DNA of 64,000 nt from the sequence record MN850601.1; one strand, written 5' to 3'. This stretch comes from Escherichia phage inny. Numbering within the stretch: position 1 is the stretch's first letter; each line of letters opens with the position of its first letter. The notes beneath the pieces were generated by a model, which worked only from the letters and a program-made list of their open reading frames with translations, had not been told where the DNA came from and searched no databases. The translations under genes were made by a program, and so were the position numbers. Shown here in pieces: positions 47,838 through 57,557 of the stretch.

Positions 47838-48085
47838 GAGCGACCTCCATTGCGGAATGCACGTTTAGTAATGTTCGACATAGTGATCAAATCTTGAAGC
47901 GTCATATCAGGAAAATGCTGTTCAAGAACACCTTCAACAGCGCCTACAATATCTGATAACTCGATAAGTTGCATCAGCTTGCAATCTTGATCAATAGCAT
48001 CCTGAAGTTCATAAAGCTCTTCTTGAATTTTAGCAATAGAACCATATTCCTCTTTGCTAATCTCCTTCAAATGATACCCTGCCAC
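47834..48085 (-). CDS. MazG-like nucleotide pyrophosphohydrolase-like small protein
   Basis: 83 aa all-helical; IQEELYELQDA and ELSDIVGAVEG resemble MazG/HisE EExxE...D pattern; GTG start after AAGGGGG. Confidence 0.4.
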   Translation of the reverse strand: MAGYHLKEISKEEYGSIAKIQEELYELQDAIDQDCKLMQLIELSDIVGAVEGVLEQHFPDMTLQDLITMSNITKRAFRNGGRS

Positions 48086-48095
48086 TTTAACCCCC

Positions 48096-49832
48096 TTAGT
48101 TTACCAGTTTATTTATATCTGGTAAAAGATTTATTTCACCTAAAAAATCACCTTCACCTTCCTCTAACCAACTCTCATATGCTTGTGCATGATTATAGTT
48201 ACCATCAAAAGAATCTGCAACAAATTTTTCTACAGCTTTTCGAGATGTGCCAGTGCCAAATACACCAAGTTTAATACCATTGATCGGTAAAGTGGTGCTT
48301 GTTGGTACTTTCTCTGTTGCAACACGGTTAATATCTATAATCTCCTGTACGGTTGTGTTCCATTGTAAGCATTTAACACAACGGGTATGCGCTACATACA
48401 GTAGGTTTCGCTCTGCCTCTTCCAGTCCTATCCATTGACCAGTCTTTTTATCATAGTTGGAAGGAAAATCATTAGCAACAATAACCTGATCCCACTCCAA
48501 ACCTTTAGACTTGTGTGCTGTAGTCAGTGTGACTTTTGCTGTAGGAGAATTTCTATGCGTTCTAAGTGTATGTGCTATAGTGTTTGCCTTACCAGAAACT
48601 ACGATGTTTAACAAGCGTTTAGCATCTGGATCAGCCTCTGCACACTCAACAAATTCATTCCAGTCTGCGTAAGGTAATACAGTTTCATGTTTTACTTTCT
48701 CAATATCTCCTCTCCGAAGAGCATTAACACTATCTACCATAGAGATAAAATCCCTGGTATCTACGTTAATAATAATTTCTTCCCCATCTGCAATACGATC
48801 CATTGCCTCCATAAGCAAGGTTAAATTCTTGCGAAAGATGATAGTGTAAGGTTTTGTATAGTCTACAACATCTGATTTGTAGCTACCTACTACAGTATCA
48901 AAGCCTTTACCAACCAAAGGATGACGCAAAGGTTCTTTATCGCTTAAAATCATATTGGCAATGTTTGCCACTTTGGGGCCAAAACGGAAGCAAGCAGTTA
49001 ATGGAAGCTCTGCCCCATATGTAGAGGTTTCCTTCATCATATTTTGGCTTCCACGGAACTGGTAGATGCTCTGATATTCGTCACCCACCACTACTACTTG
49101 TTTTGCAGATTTAGCATTTCGCAGAATAGACAAGAATGCAGGGTTAACATCCTGAAATTCATCACCAAAAATAATATCATAACCAAGATCAGCACCAGAT
49201 AATTCAAACAATTTTACATAGGTATCATGCGTCATCAAAGTATCTGTATTAGGATCGATGCGCTCTCGCCACAATTGTTTTGCATACTTAACTACTTCTG
49301 TAATTAGTTTGTGTTCGTTAATACCTTTTCTTTTAATATCTGCAAGATGTACACTAGGAAAATGTTTACGGCTGATAAAAGGATCATCCGAAAATTCAAA
49401 CTTACCTACGGTTTGCTTGATCATTAAACCAATCATAGCACGAGTTAAAAGTGTTTTCCCTCGTTTATCAATAAGATTATTAATCTTAAATTTCTTTGCT
49501 ATCTCACTACCTGTACCTGCAACGTTAACATACTGTCCTTCTGGTCGTGACAGTTTTGCACGTAAACGATGATCCAGGAATTGATAGCAAATAGAATGCA
49601 ATGTACGGCATTCTACATTTAGTGGCATCTTACGTCGTGCTTCTTCTGCCATGCTTTTATTGAAAGCTAAGTAAAGAATGCGATCTTCTGTACTGTTAGC
49701 CAGCAAATAAAGTGTTGACGTTTTGCCTGATCCAGATTTAGCTTGGATAGTTAAAAAGCGATGGTCTGGAAAAGCCTCCTTAATAGCTGTTTGCTCTTCT
49801 GTTGGAGTGAAGCTCAACTCTTTCTTAGCCAT
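48096..49832 (-). CDS. UvrD/Rep-type SF1 DNA helicase (start at ATG with AGAGAGG RBS)
   Basis: Walker A QAKSGSGKTSTL and motif II IIFGDEFQD. Confidence 0.8.
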   Translation of the reverse strand: MAKKELSFTPTEEQTAIKEAFPDHRFLTIQAKSGSGKTSTLYLLANSTEDRILYLAFNKSMAEEARRKMPLNVECRTLHSICYQFLDHRLRAKLSRPEGQYVNVAGTGSEIAKKFKINNLIDKRGKTLLTRAMIGLMIKQTVGKFEFSDDPFISRKHFPSVHLADIKRKGINEHKLITEVVKYAKQLWRERIDPNTDTLMTHDTYVKLFELSGADLGYDIIFGDEFQDVNPAFLSILRNAKSAKQVVVVGDEYQSIYQFRGSQNMMKETSTYGAELPLTACFRFGPKVANIANMILSDKEPLRHPLVGKGFDTVVGSYKSDVVDYTKPYTIIFRKNLTLLMEAMDRIADGEEIIINVDTRDFISMVDSVNALRRGDIEKVKHETVLPYADWNEFVECAEADPDAKRLLNIVVSGKANTIAHTLRTHRNSPTAKVTLTTAHKSKGLEWDQVIVANDFPSNYDKKTGQWIGLEEAERNLLYVAHTRCVKCLQWNTTVQEIIDINRVATEKVPTSTTLPINGIKLGVFGTGTSRKAVEKFVADSFDGNYNHAQAYESWLEEGEGDFLGEINLLPDINKLVN

Positions 49833-49833
49833 T

Positions 49834-50310
49834 TCAACCTCTCTTAATTTGTTTAACAAGCATAGGAACAAAATCTCGTTTTAAAATTTGTTCAATAATA
49901 TGATCAGGTAGCTGTTGGAAATTATAATTAAAAGCTACTGTCTCACCTTTAGGTGTTTCTACCCGCACATATAACATGTTACGAAGTTTATCCACTTGTG
50001 CTGTATATTCTAAACCATGTAATTGATGCATTGCAAACATCAAGTCATCAGTTTCAGTTTGGAATCTATCATTTGCTTGCATTAAGGACAAGGTAAAAGG
50101 TAGATTTTCCCTAAGAGCCACCTTCTTAGGAACTAGTGAAGGAAAATACTCACCAATAACTTCCTGTGTAAGCTGGATACACTCTTTTTCAAGTTGGTTT
50201 TGTTCCTTAAGTTCACAAACACTTTTTTGTAAAGTGTTAACCTCTTTTTGCAAAGCTGCTAGTTGAGCACTTAACTTTCTTTTTTGATTACGACCAAAAC
50301 GTTTAGACAT
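49834..50310 (-). CDS. hypothetical coiled-coil protein
   Basis: 158 aa; basic N-terminus then heptad-like region. Confidence 0.45.
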   Translation of the reverse strand: MSKRFGRNQKRKLSAQLAALQKEVNTLQKSVCELKEQNQLEKECIQLTQEVIGEYFPSLVPKKVALRENLPFTLSLMQANDRFQTETDDLMFAMHQLHGLEYTAQVDKLRNMLYVRVETPKGETVAFNYNFQQLPDHIIEQILKRDFVPMLVKQIKRG

Positions 50311-50318
50311 ATTTCCCC

Positions 50319-50834
50319 CTAGTAAAACCCTTTAACAATCTGTATTAACTCGGCACAACGGTTGACCAACTTTTCCTCATACAATACACGTTGTGGCATA
50401 TGTTGTATAATATACTCCATTTGCTCATGCCATGTCCACTTTTCTTTTTTGTCTGGGATAACATCACTAGCACGAGAATTATCTTTTAATGTTTGTATAA
50501 TCCAATTGCTTGGAAAGTGCTCTCCACCTTTCTTAAATGGTTTATAGTGGCCTAGAGTGAATTGAGAATCCCCTGTTAGAGCACCCAATTTATTTAAATG
50601 GATAATCAAACTACGAAACACGTAGTATTCATAGATGTTATCCACCGTATAGCAAGCATAATATTTCAAGATGCCCTTATCTCGCGGATACTTACCAACA
50701 TCCAGATTGCACCAGTTGACATTTTCTGGATCATAGTGGTGTTCCTTAAGCCATATTTCTCTTTCATCAAAGTCTGGATATATTACCGCCCTGCTTACAG
50801 AGTCAACAAGTGGAAATTGAGCATCAAAAAACAT
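50319..50834 (-). CDS. hypothetical protein
   Basis: 171 aa; AAGGAAAATATA RBS. Confidence 0.45.
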   Translation of the reverse strand: MFFDAQFPLVDSVSRAVIYPDFDEREIWLKEHHYDPENVNWCNLDVGKYPRDKGILKYYACYTVDNIYEYYVFRSLIIHLNKLGALTGDSQFTLGHYKPFKKGGEHFPSNWIIQTLKDNSRASDVIPDKKEKWTWHEQMEYIIQHMPQRVLYEEKLVNRCAELIQIVKGFY

Positions 50835-50855
50835 TATATTTTCCTTATTGGTTTG

Positions 50856-51221
50856 TTAAACGTTTTCTAAATCTTTTAAGGCATTACCCAACGTTAGAAC
50901 AATAACATCGTTTGCTGCCTCTTCCCCATTGATATTGGTGAAATTTGGTGTGACAAAAGTAACCATATAAAACTCGTCTACCTGGAAGACAGCAATAACA
51001 CCATCCATCTTAACATCTTGACGAAAGGAAAAACCAATCATCTTCTCTTGCAAAGGCATATCCCCTTCCTTCATTACCGCTAGGGAGTTTTCAGGAATGT
51101 TATATTTATCTGCTCCGATGTAGATGTACGTAATGTTATCTTTATCGTGATGATACAGGGTTGCTTTTTCCATATCTAAACCTGACAGATCAAATACGTT
51201 AATTTCTTGTGTAGTCTTCAT
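50856..51221 (-). CDS. hypothetical protein (start at internal ATG with GGGAGG RBS)
   Basis: ORF 50856..51296 trimmed to ATG at 51221. Confidence 0.4.
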   Translation of the reverse strand: MKTTQEINVFDLSGLDMEKATLYHHDKDNITYIYIGADKYNIPENSLAVMKEGDMPLQEKMIGFSFRQDVKMDGVIAVFQVDEFYMVTFVTPNFTNINGEEAANDVIVLTLGNALKDLENV

Positions 51222-51585
51222 AAATATCCTCCCAAATCCAATAATCATCTGTGTAAGTAGGATGCCTTTTATCCCACTCTGTTCTAGCCCAAGCAACCGC
51301 TGCTACTAACACATCACCATGACAAGGTTGAGGTGAGCAGAAGCAAACTAAGTCTTTCCCTTCTAATTCTAACAAATCCTCAAGAGTGATTTTACCACAA
51401 CGAATTTGTTCCCACAACCACTCTTTATATCTTTGTATAGTTGACCCTCGTGGTTCATCATCCTTTAACTTAAAAGGATTTGCAAACTTTGAGGCTTTTA
51501 ACCCCATATGAGGCATAGCTCTGCCAATGTAAACTGCACCTTCAGGTATTACTTTACCTAAGTGGTAAAAATTTAATACTTTCAT
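51199..51585 (-). CDS. hypothetical Cys/His-motif protein
   Basis: Contains KDLVCFCSPQPCHGDVL; start ambiguous (TTG at 51609 or ATG at 51585). Confidence 0.4.
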   Translation of the reverse strand: MKVLNFYHLGKVIPEGAVYIGRAMPHMGLKASKFANPFKLKDDEPRGSTIQRYKEWLWEQIRCGKITLEDLLELEGKDLVCFCSPQPCHGDVLVAAVAWARTEWDKRHPTYTDDYWIWEDIYEDYTRN

Positions 51586-51586
51586 A

Positions 51587-51937
51587 TTAACCCAAACACA
51601 TCTGTGCAATCAAGCCCTGTATAAATTTATTAGCTTCTTTACTGTCGTAGTCAGTCTCTTCTGGATATCCATCTTCATCGTACACAACTGTACCTTCAAT
51701 ATACCCTGCCTCAATTAAGGCGCGGATCATATCAAATTGCCAGCATGAGTTACCAAATGGACGTTTACCATTAAAACACTCTTCTTCTCTCCATAACGTA
51801 GAGAGTAGTTGTCGGAAATATTCCCGTACAGTGACAGTACCAAGATCTGAATCCTCAAACATAACATCCAAGGCATCAGGATTGCTTTTCTCTACATAAG
51901 GAATATATTTAACACCATTAATAGTTACATCAAGCAT
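51587..51937 (-). CDS. hypothetical protein
   Basis: 116 aa; AAGGAG RBS, start abuts upstream stop. Confidence 0.45.
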   Translation of the reverse strand: MLDVTINGVKYIPYVEKSNPDALDVMFEDSDLGTVTVREYFRQLLSTLWREEECFNGKRPFGNSCWQFDMIRALIEAGYIEGTVVYDEDGYPEETDYDSKEANKFIQGLIAQMCLG

Positions 51938-52300
51938 TTATTTCTCCTTATCATCATATTCTAGGAACATATCTGCACGATATGCTTTACGCTCTTCAAA
52001 CTTAGCAGGATCTACAACAATAAGCAATACAAGGTTAACATCTAAATACTTCTTAACAAATAGAAATAAATCTTTTCCACAGTTAAAACCTACACCAGTA
52101 TAGGCATCCCCATATTGATCTACTGATTTAATCTTCTTACTAACCGTACACTCTATGCTATTCTTTTCTTCTTGGTATAAGGCTTTCCCACCCCAATATG
52201 TAAAGAATTTAGTACCGTCAGCACCAAGTTTAAAACCCTCTGTTGCATGTCCCGCAAATGAAAGTAAACATAACCAAGTGATCATCAGGTACTTTAGCAT
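51938..52300 (-). CDS. predicted secreted protein (start at ATG giving signal peptide)
   Basis: N-terminus MLKYLMITWLCLLSFAGHA signal-peptide-like. Confidence 0.4.
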   Translation of the reverse strand: MLKYLMITWLCLLSFAGHATEGFKLGADGTKFFTYWGGKALYQEEKNSIECTVSKKIKSVDQYGDAYTGVGFNCGKDLFLFVKKYLDVNLVLLIVVDPAKFEERKAYRADMFLEYDDKEK

Positions 52301-52301
52301 T

Positions 52302-52784
52302 TTAACCACCCAATTGCAAATGTTTAGAAAGAACAATATCCCACTGATCACCACAACCGTTATCTATGCGGAACATAATGTACGTATCATCTTCTTCTAC
52401 AACATACCGTACCTCATAGGAGTTACAACAGCCTTCCCAATTTTTAACGGCTTCTGGTGTATGATGTGTAAGAATTTCATTACCATCATATGACCAAAAC
52501 AAAGGGGTAAGGTTTTCGAAGGTCAGTGAAGTAGGGTTTACTTCGTCTTTAACTGCTTCCTCATATTCCTTATGCGTTTGTACTGCTTTAGTTAGTGTAC
52601 TCATGTCTATCTCCTTTTCTCCTTCTTGACTATAGAGGATAGCGAACTCTCTAAACTCCACTTCACGCCATGTTTTCAGGTAGTGCTTTATAATTTTATC
52701 AACATCTGCCTGTTCAACATTACTTTTCAAGCAATAGTAGTCATGGTCTTCACCCATTCTACCCCATATGCTATACATTATCAT
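52302..52784 (-). CDS. hypothetical protein
   Basis: 160 aa ORF. Confidence 0.45.
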   Translation of the reverse strand: MIMYSIWGRMGEDHDYYCLKSNVEQADVDKIIKHYLKTWREVEFREFAILYSQEGEKEIDMSTLTKAVQTHKEYEEAVKDEVNPTSLTFENLTPLFWSYDGNEILTHHTPEAVKNWEGCCNSYEVRYVVEEDDTYIMFRIDNGCGDQWDIVLSKHLQLGG

Positions 52785-53052
52785 CTGATTGATCCTTCAC
52801 ATTGCTCTTGGCATACACAGGAATAACATCATGGTGATCTTTATTACTTTCGTCTGTTAAAGCCCAAAACAACTTACCTGCCGGATGTTTAAAGATGTAA
52901 GCAATAGGTTCCTCTTCCTGTGCCTCTTTGCTACGGATGCCATCCCGCCAGGCAAGCCAAGTGTAGATCATCATCTCTTGACGTTCTTCTTCATTAGGCC
53001 ACAGATGGGGTAGAAAGTTTTTATCAAACCATTGCTTAAATTCTTCAGTCAT
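52771..53052 (-). CDS. hypothetical protein
   Basis: 93 aa; AAGGAG RBS. Confidence 0.4.
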   Translation of the reverse strand: MTEEFKQWFDKNFLPHLWPNEEERQEMMIYTWLAWRDGIRSKEAQEEEPIAYIFKHPAGKLFWALTDESNKDHHDVIPVYAKSNVKDQSDDNV

Positions 53053-53061
53053 AGTCTACTC

Positions 53062-53226
53062 CTTAGCGTACAAAATTAACTTCTGCTTCTTTCAGCTTTG
53101 ACACTTCTACATAACCACCATGATCATCTTTAATCCATTCTTTTCCTTTACGGATGATAACAGGATATGTAGAGTGAGTAAGTTTAGGTACAGATCTTTT
53201 TGTTTTAGTGATAGAAATGTTTTGCA
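53062..53226 (-). CDS. small hypothetical protein (not in ORF track)
   Basis: 54-aa ORF starting ATGCAAAAC with AAGGAG RBS; stop overlaps next RBS. Confidence 0.3.
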
Positions 53227-53287
53227 TAGTAATCTCCTTAGTAAACTTTACATAGAGTTTAGATTATTTAGTAGGTAGAGTCAATAA

Positions 53288-53554
53288 CTAATTACTGTTA
53301 GATCTGTATTCTGTCTTCCATTCACAATGGTAAACTTCAACAGGTTCTAACTTCCAATGTTCAGGAACTAATTCAGGGCAATATCTACAAAAGAGAAATA
53401 GATAGATAACTAAGACAGGTATTAAATAGTAAAATGGTATACGATCATAACCATACTTACGAGATAACATGTAGACATATAGATAGGGTATAACAATTAA
53501 TCCTATAACTATAAGTAAGAAGAGAAGTATAAACCTTAGTGTAGTAACACCCAT
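53288..53554 (-). CDS. small membrane protein
   Basis: 88 aa, two hydrophobic helices; TAGGAGAATGCT RBS. Confidence 0.4.
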   Translation of the reverse strand: MGVTTLRFILLFLLIVIGLIVIPYLYVYMLSRKYGYDRIPFYYLIPVLVIYLFLFCRYCPELVPEHWKLEPVEVYHCEWKTEYRSNSN

Positions 53555-53718
53555 AGCATTCTCCTATACAGTAATATACTCTGTTCCTGCCCCTCCATGA
53601 GTGACAGGAACAATATCTATAGAGAATACTAACTCGCTTCGCTCGTCACCTTTCAGGTTTAGGGTAGCATGTTTTTCTGAAAAAGTCAATACTCTCCACA
53701 AAACTTTACAAAATACTT

Positions 53719-53991
53719 TTACATAGGTACAACAGAGTCTGTTTTGAAGTCGTACATATGATTTACACCTGTGATTTTTGACATAGAGATTGCACGTTTA
53801 GCACCTGCAATTACCTGGTCTGTCTTCTTAATCTCTTCACGGAACTTACGTACAGTTAAAGAGAAGAAACGATGATCCATCCATTGACGATTCACACGAT
53901 CACGCTTGAAGTGACGGAAATCTTCAATCTGTTTATTGCGCAATCGGCGCAGTACATGCAATAGTTTATAGTAAGGGTGTTTATTTTTCAT
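53719..53991 (-). CDS. hypothetical basic protein
   Basis: 90 aa; GGAGAATAAATT RBS. Confidence 0.4.
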   Translation of the reverse strand: MKNKHPYYKLLHVLRRLRNKQIEDFRHFKRDRVNRQWMDHRFFSLTVRKFREEIKKTDQVIAGAKRAISMSKITGVNHMYDFKTDSVVPM

Positions 53992-53994
53992 AAT

Positions 53995-54423
53995 TTATTC
54001 TCCAAATCGAAAATCGTCAATATCATCAAACCATACACAATGGCGAGTCCTTTCTTTTTCTGTTGCAGACATTGTTTCAACAGCTTTAGGACTAAGCACA
54101 ACAGGAATGTAACGAACAGGTCGTTCATAATAGTAGCCATACTTTTCTGTATTAGCTGCCTCAAAGACTTTACGGCGTTCTTCAAGATCTTCTATGGTGA
54201 ATCCTACCATATAACCATCATGTTTGCTACCCCATCCTTCCTCACTTTCAACAATCGGGATATAAAAGCCGTTACGCGTCCCTGACGCTGGTTCTTCTTG
54301 AGCCTGAAGGCAAGCCTCCCATCCTGCTTTAAAGACGTTATAGAGCGATTTACGCACGTTATGAGTGCCGCTTTCGCTTGCTGGATAGAGTTCATTAAAT
54401 TTGTCTTGGATTTGTTGTGTCAT
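53995..54423 (-). CDS. hypothetical protein
   Basis: 142 aa; AAGGGG RBS. Confidence 0.45.
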   Translation of the reverse strand: MTQQIQDKFNELYPASESGTHNVRKSLYNVFKAGWEACLQAQEEPASGTRNGFYIPIVESEEGWGSKHDGYMVGFTIEDLEERRKVFEAANTEKYGYYYERPVRYIPVVLSPKAVETMSATEKERTRHCVWFDDIDDFRFGE

Positions 54424-54566
54424 ACTCGCCCCTTAGTGATTATTTGACCAGCTAAACAAATAGCTTGTAGTACAATAAAGAAGTAGCCTAATTTTACACT
54501 ACCCAATACCCAGAATGCAATGTTTGCAAACAAACAAAAAGCAATATTAAGTCTAAAGAATAACAT
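54420..54566 (-). CDS. small hydrophobic protein (not in ORF track)
   Basis: 48-aa ORF MLFFRLNIAFCLFANIAFWVLG... directly after upstream TAA, overlapping downstream start. Confidence 0.3.
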   Translation of the reverse strand: MLFFRLNIAFCLFANIAFWVLGSVKLGYFFIVLQAICLAGQIITKGRV

Positions 54567-54767
54567 TTAATCCCCTTCATATTTAGGTAAAGGCATATAT
54601 GCCACAATAGGAGGGTAATCAAAGTGAAAATGATGGTTCACCACAATAATCTTACCAGACATACTTTTATGCACTTCACAATACCCTTTTCCACCATCTT
54701 CCATTACCACCACATACTCACCTAGTGGGATATCGTATGGGTCTTCTACTTTTACCCATTCTGTCAT
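54567..54767 (-). CDS. hypothetical protein
   Basis: 66 aa; ATGA start/stop overlap with upstream gene. Confidence 0.35.
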   Translation of the reverse strand: MTEWVKVEDPYDIPLGEYVVVMEDGGKGYCEVHKSMSGKIIVVNHHFHFDYPPIVAYMPLPKYEGD

Positions 54768-55033
54768 TTTGGAAACACCTCTTGTCCATCTTCATGCATT
54801 TGTAGTAAAGTTTCACAGATTTCATACACATCTTGATATGTTACAACTGAGAGATCAGATTCTTGATCTTCGACAAGCATAGCACAAAGAGCTTTAATGT
54901 CAATACCTTTACAATGTTCCGTAGCTATACGGTACATTTCACCATCCTCCCAAACAATTGGTTGCGGAAGCAAAACGTCTGTACCATCTTCACAAGTTAC
55001 AATGTAGTCTGCAATATTATCACGAATTTTCAT
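54764..55033 (-). CDS. hypothetical protein
   Basis: 89 aa; AAGGGGG RBS. Confidence 0.4.
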   Translation of the reverse strand: MKIRDNIADYIVTCEDGTDVLLPQPIVWEDGEMYRIATEHCKGIDIKALCAMLVEDQESDLSVVTYQDVYEICETLLQMHEDGQEVFPK

Positions 55034-55287
55034 TGTACTACCCCCTTAAATCCAGATGTGCTGCCAGTTTTAACTTTTGCTTTAAGATGTTCCAACTCTA
55101 CCATAGGTGTTGCTACTTGTATAGGATTTTCCTCAACCTCATGGATATAATATTCATAATAAGCATACTTACCAATAGAGTGCAGATACTTAATTGCATG
55201 TTCAGGCGAATCTGCTTCGACATACCCTAAATCTTTTGTGGTACGACCTTCGCAATCACCTTCGGTAGTTACATGATAAAGTGTCAT
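55030..55287 (-). CDS. hypothetical protein
   Basis: 85 aa; GAGGAGG RBS. Confidence 0.4.
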   Translation of the reverse strand: MTLYHVTTEGDCEGRTTKDLGYVEADSPEHAIKYLHSIGKYAYYEYYIHEVEENPIQVATPMVELEHLKAKVKTGSTSGFKGVVQ

Positions 55288-55436
55288 AAAACCTCCTCAT
55301 AGTAAGGTAAAGCCTTGATCAGTTGTTCTGAAGTGCCATTTTGTACCCACGTAACACCATTGTCAACAGAAACATACCCTTTTTTGTCAATAAATTTACG
55401 CAGACAGCCAGTGAACTTATTTTTGTAGATAACCAT
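55284..55436 (-). CDS. small hypothetical protein (not in ORF track)
   Basis: 50-aa ORF MVIYKNKFTGCLRKF... with AAGGAG RBS; ATGA overlap with downstream gene. Confidence 0.3.
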   Translation of the reverse strand: MVIYKNKFTGCLRKFIDKKGYVSVDNGVTWVQNGTSEQLIKALPYYEEVL

Positions 55437-55445
55437 GTTTACTCC

Positions 55446-56549
55446 TTAATCAATTTTTTCACTAACAAAATTTTTTATATTTTCATAATCTTCTAGATTA
55501 TATGTTTCTGTATATCCATCCGGTAGCCACTCTTTTAAGCATAAAGAGCGGTTAAAACATTTTTTAACTTCTTTCTCCAAAGCGAAAATAGTAGCATAAT
55601 CTCCACTGAAACTGTCAAGTAGATAATGCTTAAACATGCTGTTTTTACTTTGCTCTTTGATTCTACGATCAATATCTACCGTAATCCCTGCTTTCAAGCA
55701 GGTATAAAACGGAGAAACCAATTTTTGTATATAAAAACACCAATTTGATTGTTGGTTTTCGGTGTACGGAATTTCTTTTACTCTTTTTTGCTTTTTAACA
55801 TTCATCTCTGTAAAGGGTAATGCTTTATAGAGTGATGTTTGACCGTGGCGTGTCTCTACAGAAAGAACTCCCATATCAACAAACATATTTATAATATTGC
55901 GTACCTGACGATCACTAACCATTCCAATATTAGCTAATGTTTTTTGAGTAGCGTAACATTCTTGCCCTTGTTCATTGAATCCAGCTATATAGCTATAGAT
56001 TTCAACGGCTGGCAGTGTAGCGGTGTATTCATTACCAGATGGTGAATACCATTTTTTAAACATTTTCCATTCTGTAGGGGGAAGCTGTTCAGGAACAGCT
56101 TTAACAGTAGATACTTGCTCTGTCTGTGGCTTTTCTGCATTTACAGAGGCTTTCGCTTCTCTTGGGGGAGTAATATGTGCATCTGTGAGAGGTAGCGCAC
56201 GTAATTTTAAAGGACGTTTTGGAATTCGTTCTCCGACCTCTTCTAAAAGACCGATTTTAATCATAATACCAATCAATTCATTAACTGTCTTACGGCTACA
56301 GCTACAAACTTTACTTAACTTCGTTTGTGTTTCAAAACATATTCCCCCTGATTTATCCCAATCTGAAACATAGCAATATAATTTTTGCATTTCTACACTA
56401 AACTTAACTTTTCCACCACCAACACTTGAGGAGTAGATAAACTCAATCTCACAAAAGTAATGAGGTATATTCAAAGTTCGGTCTTTAATTTCTCCTGTTT
56501 GTTTATCAACATACTGGTATTTTTCACGAATCAATTTAATTTTAGACAT
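55446..56549 (-). CDS. hypothetical protein with two helix-turn-helix-like segments (start at ATG with AAGGAG RBS)
   Basis: Segments TVNELIGIMIKIGLL and ATQKTLANIGMVSDRQVRNIINMFVDMGVL resemble winged-helix recognition regions. Confidence 0.45.
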   Translation of the reverse strand: MSKIKLIREKYQYVDKQTGEIKDRTLNIPHYFCEIEFIYSSSVGGGKVKFSVEMQKLYCYVSDWDKSGGICFETQTKLSKVCSCSRKTVNELIGIMIKIGLLEEVGERIPKRPLKLRALPLTDAHITPPREAKASVNAEKPQTEQVSTVKAVPEQLPPTEWKMFKKWYSPSGNEYTATLPAVEIYSYIAGFNEQGQECYATQKTLANIGMVSDRQVRNIINMFVDMGVLSVETRHGQTSLYKALPFTEMNVKKQKRVKEIPYTENQQSNWCFYIQKLVSPFYTCLKAGITVDIDRRIKEQSKNSMFKHYLLDSFSGDYATIFALEKEVKKCFNRSLCLKEWLPDGYTETYNLEDYENIKNFVSEKID

Positions 56550-56586
56550 TAGAATAATCTCCTTATAAATCACGCTTAATGCGCTA

Positions 56587-56769
56587 CTAAAGTGAATGAG
56601 GATCATTTACCTTTTTTTGTTTGATATTCTCTGCTGCTTCAGTAATGATTTCTAACATCAAATCACTGACCATAATTTGCCTTTTCTTGGCTTCAGCAAA
56701 TAAAACCTTGAAGATTTCAGGGTCAACGTGTAGGTAAGTGCGCGGAATTGGTTTCTTAGTTTCGCTCAT
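56587..56769 (-). CDS. small ribbon-helix-helix-like protein (start at internal ATG with AAGGAG RBS)
   Basis: 60 aa; PRTYLHVDPEIFKVLFAEAKKRQIMVSDLMLEII resembles RHH/Arc-type regulators. Confidence 0.35.
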   Translation of the reverse strand: MSETKKPIPRTYLHVDPEIFKVLFAEAKKRQIMVSDLMLEIITEAAENIKQKKVNDPHSL

Positions 56770-56782
56770 AGTTTTCTCCTTA

Positions 56783-57136
56783 TTACATCCACAGATTATG
56801 GAAATACTTAGCAAACAAAATACGACCTTCTAAACGATCTTGCCGCTGTTTTTCATTAACTTCTTCTGGTGGAGTTGAGTCCTTAAAAGAAGACTCCATT
56901 TTTTCAAGAATTTCTAACCAGTGTTCTGCTGCTCGTTCTTCCATATAAGGTAGATAGTCACCTTTAGCGTGTGGGTACATCCGACGAAGTAACCCACTAG
57001 GAATTTTAACATTGTTTGTGGCTATCACTTTTGCACGATATGCAGAAAGTGCATTGTAGATCAGTTTACTTAGTGTCACATCTAGATCAAGAAGATCACT
57101 CTCTTCAAATTGAATTTCATCGTGTACAATTTTCAT
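56783..57136 (-). CDS. hypothetical protein
   Basis: 117 aa; AAGGAGAG RBS. Confidence 0.4.
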   Translation of the reverse strand: MKIVHDEIQFEESDLLDLDVTLSKLIYNALSAYRAKVIATNNVKIPSGLLRRMYPHAKGDYLPYMEERAAEHWLEILEKMESSFKDSTPPEEVNEKQRQDRLEGRILFAKYFHNLWM

Positions 57137-57147
57137 ATCACTCTCCT

Positions 57148-57438
57148 TTATAGTAAAACACGTTTTGCACTGCTTGGTGCATTGTCGAACATGTTTATCA
57201 CTTTGTCAAGTTTGTGTATTAACTCGTTCGTAATGTTCCACTCTTTGTATGATCTCCATTGTTTCTTATTCTCACCTACCTGGTGTAAAACTTTGATTGG
57301 TGCATTCAAACGTACATTGCGTTCTTTGTCCTCTTCAAAAGAGGCTAACCATTTTTCGTTATGCCCATGAACAGCAATAATAATGCCAAAACCATCAAAA
57401 GTTTCTGTAATATTCTTAGTTGCTAGTGTGATGTTCAT
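57148..57438 (-). CDS. hypothetical protein, first gene of minus-strand block
   Basis: 96 aa; AGAGG RBS; preceded by divergent intergenic region. Confidence 0.4.
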   Translation of the reverse strand: MNITLATKNITETFDGFGIIIAVHGHNEKWLASFEEDKERNVRLNAPIKVLHQVGENKKQWRSYKEWNITNELIHKLDKVINMFDNAPSSAKRVLL

Positions 57439-57497
57439 ATCTAACCTCTTTTGTTACGATGCACACAGAGTACCAGAAATTAATTTCAGATCAAGTA

Positions 57498-57526
57498 TTG
57501 ACATACTGTTTTATTGTGCTAATCTT
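57498..57526 (+). promoter_or_regulatory. candidate sigma70-like promoter in divergent intergenic region
   Basis: TTGACA, 16-17 nt spacer, TAATCT/AATCTT, about 30 nt upstream of ATG at 57558. Confidence 0.3.
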
Positions 57527-57557
57527 AATGCATACACAAATGAGAGGAGATAAACGA

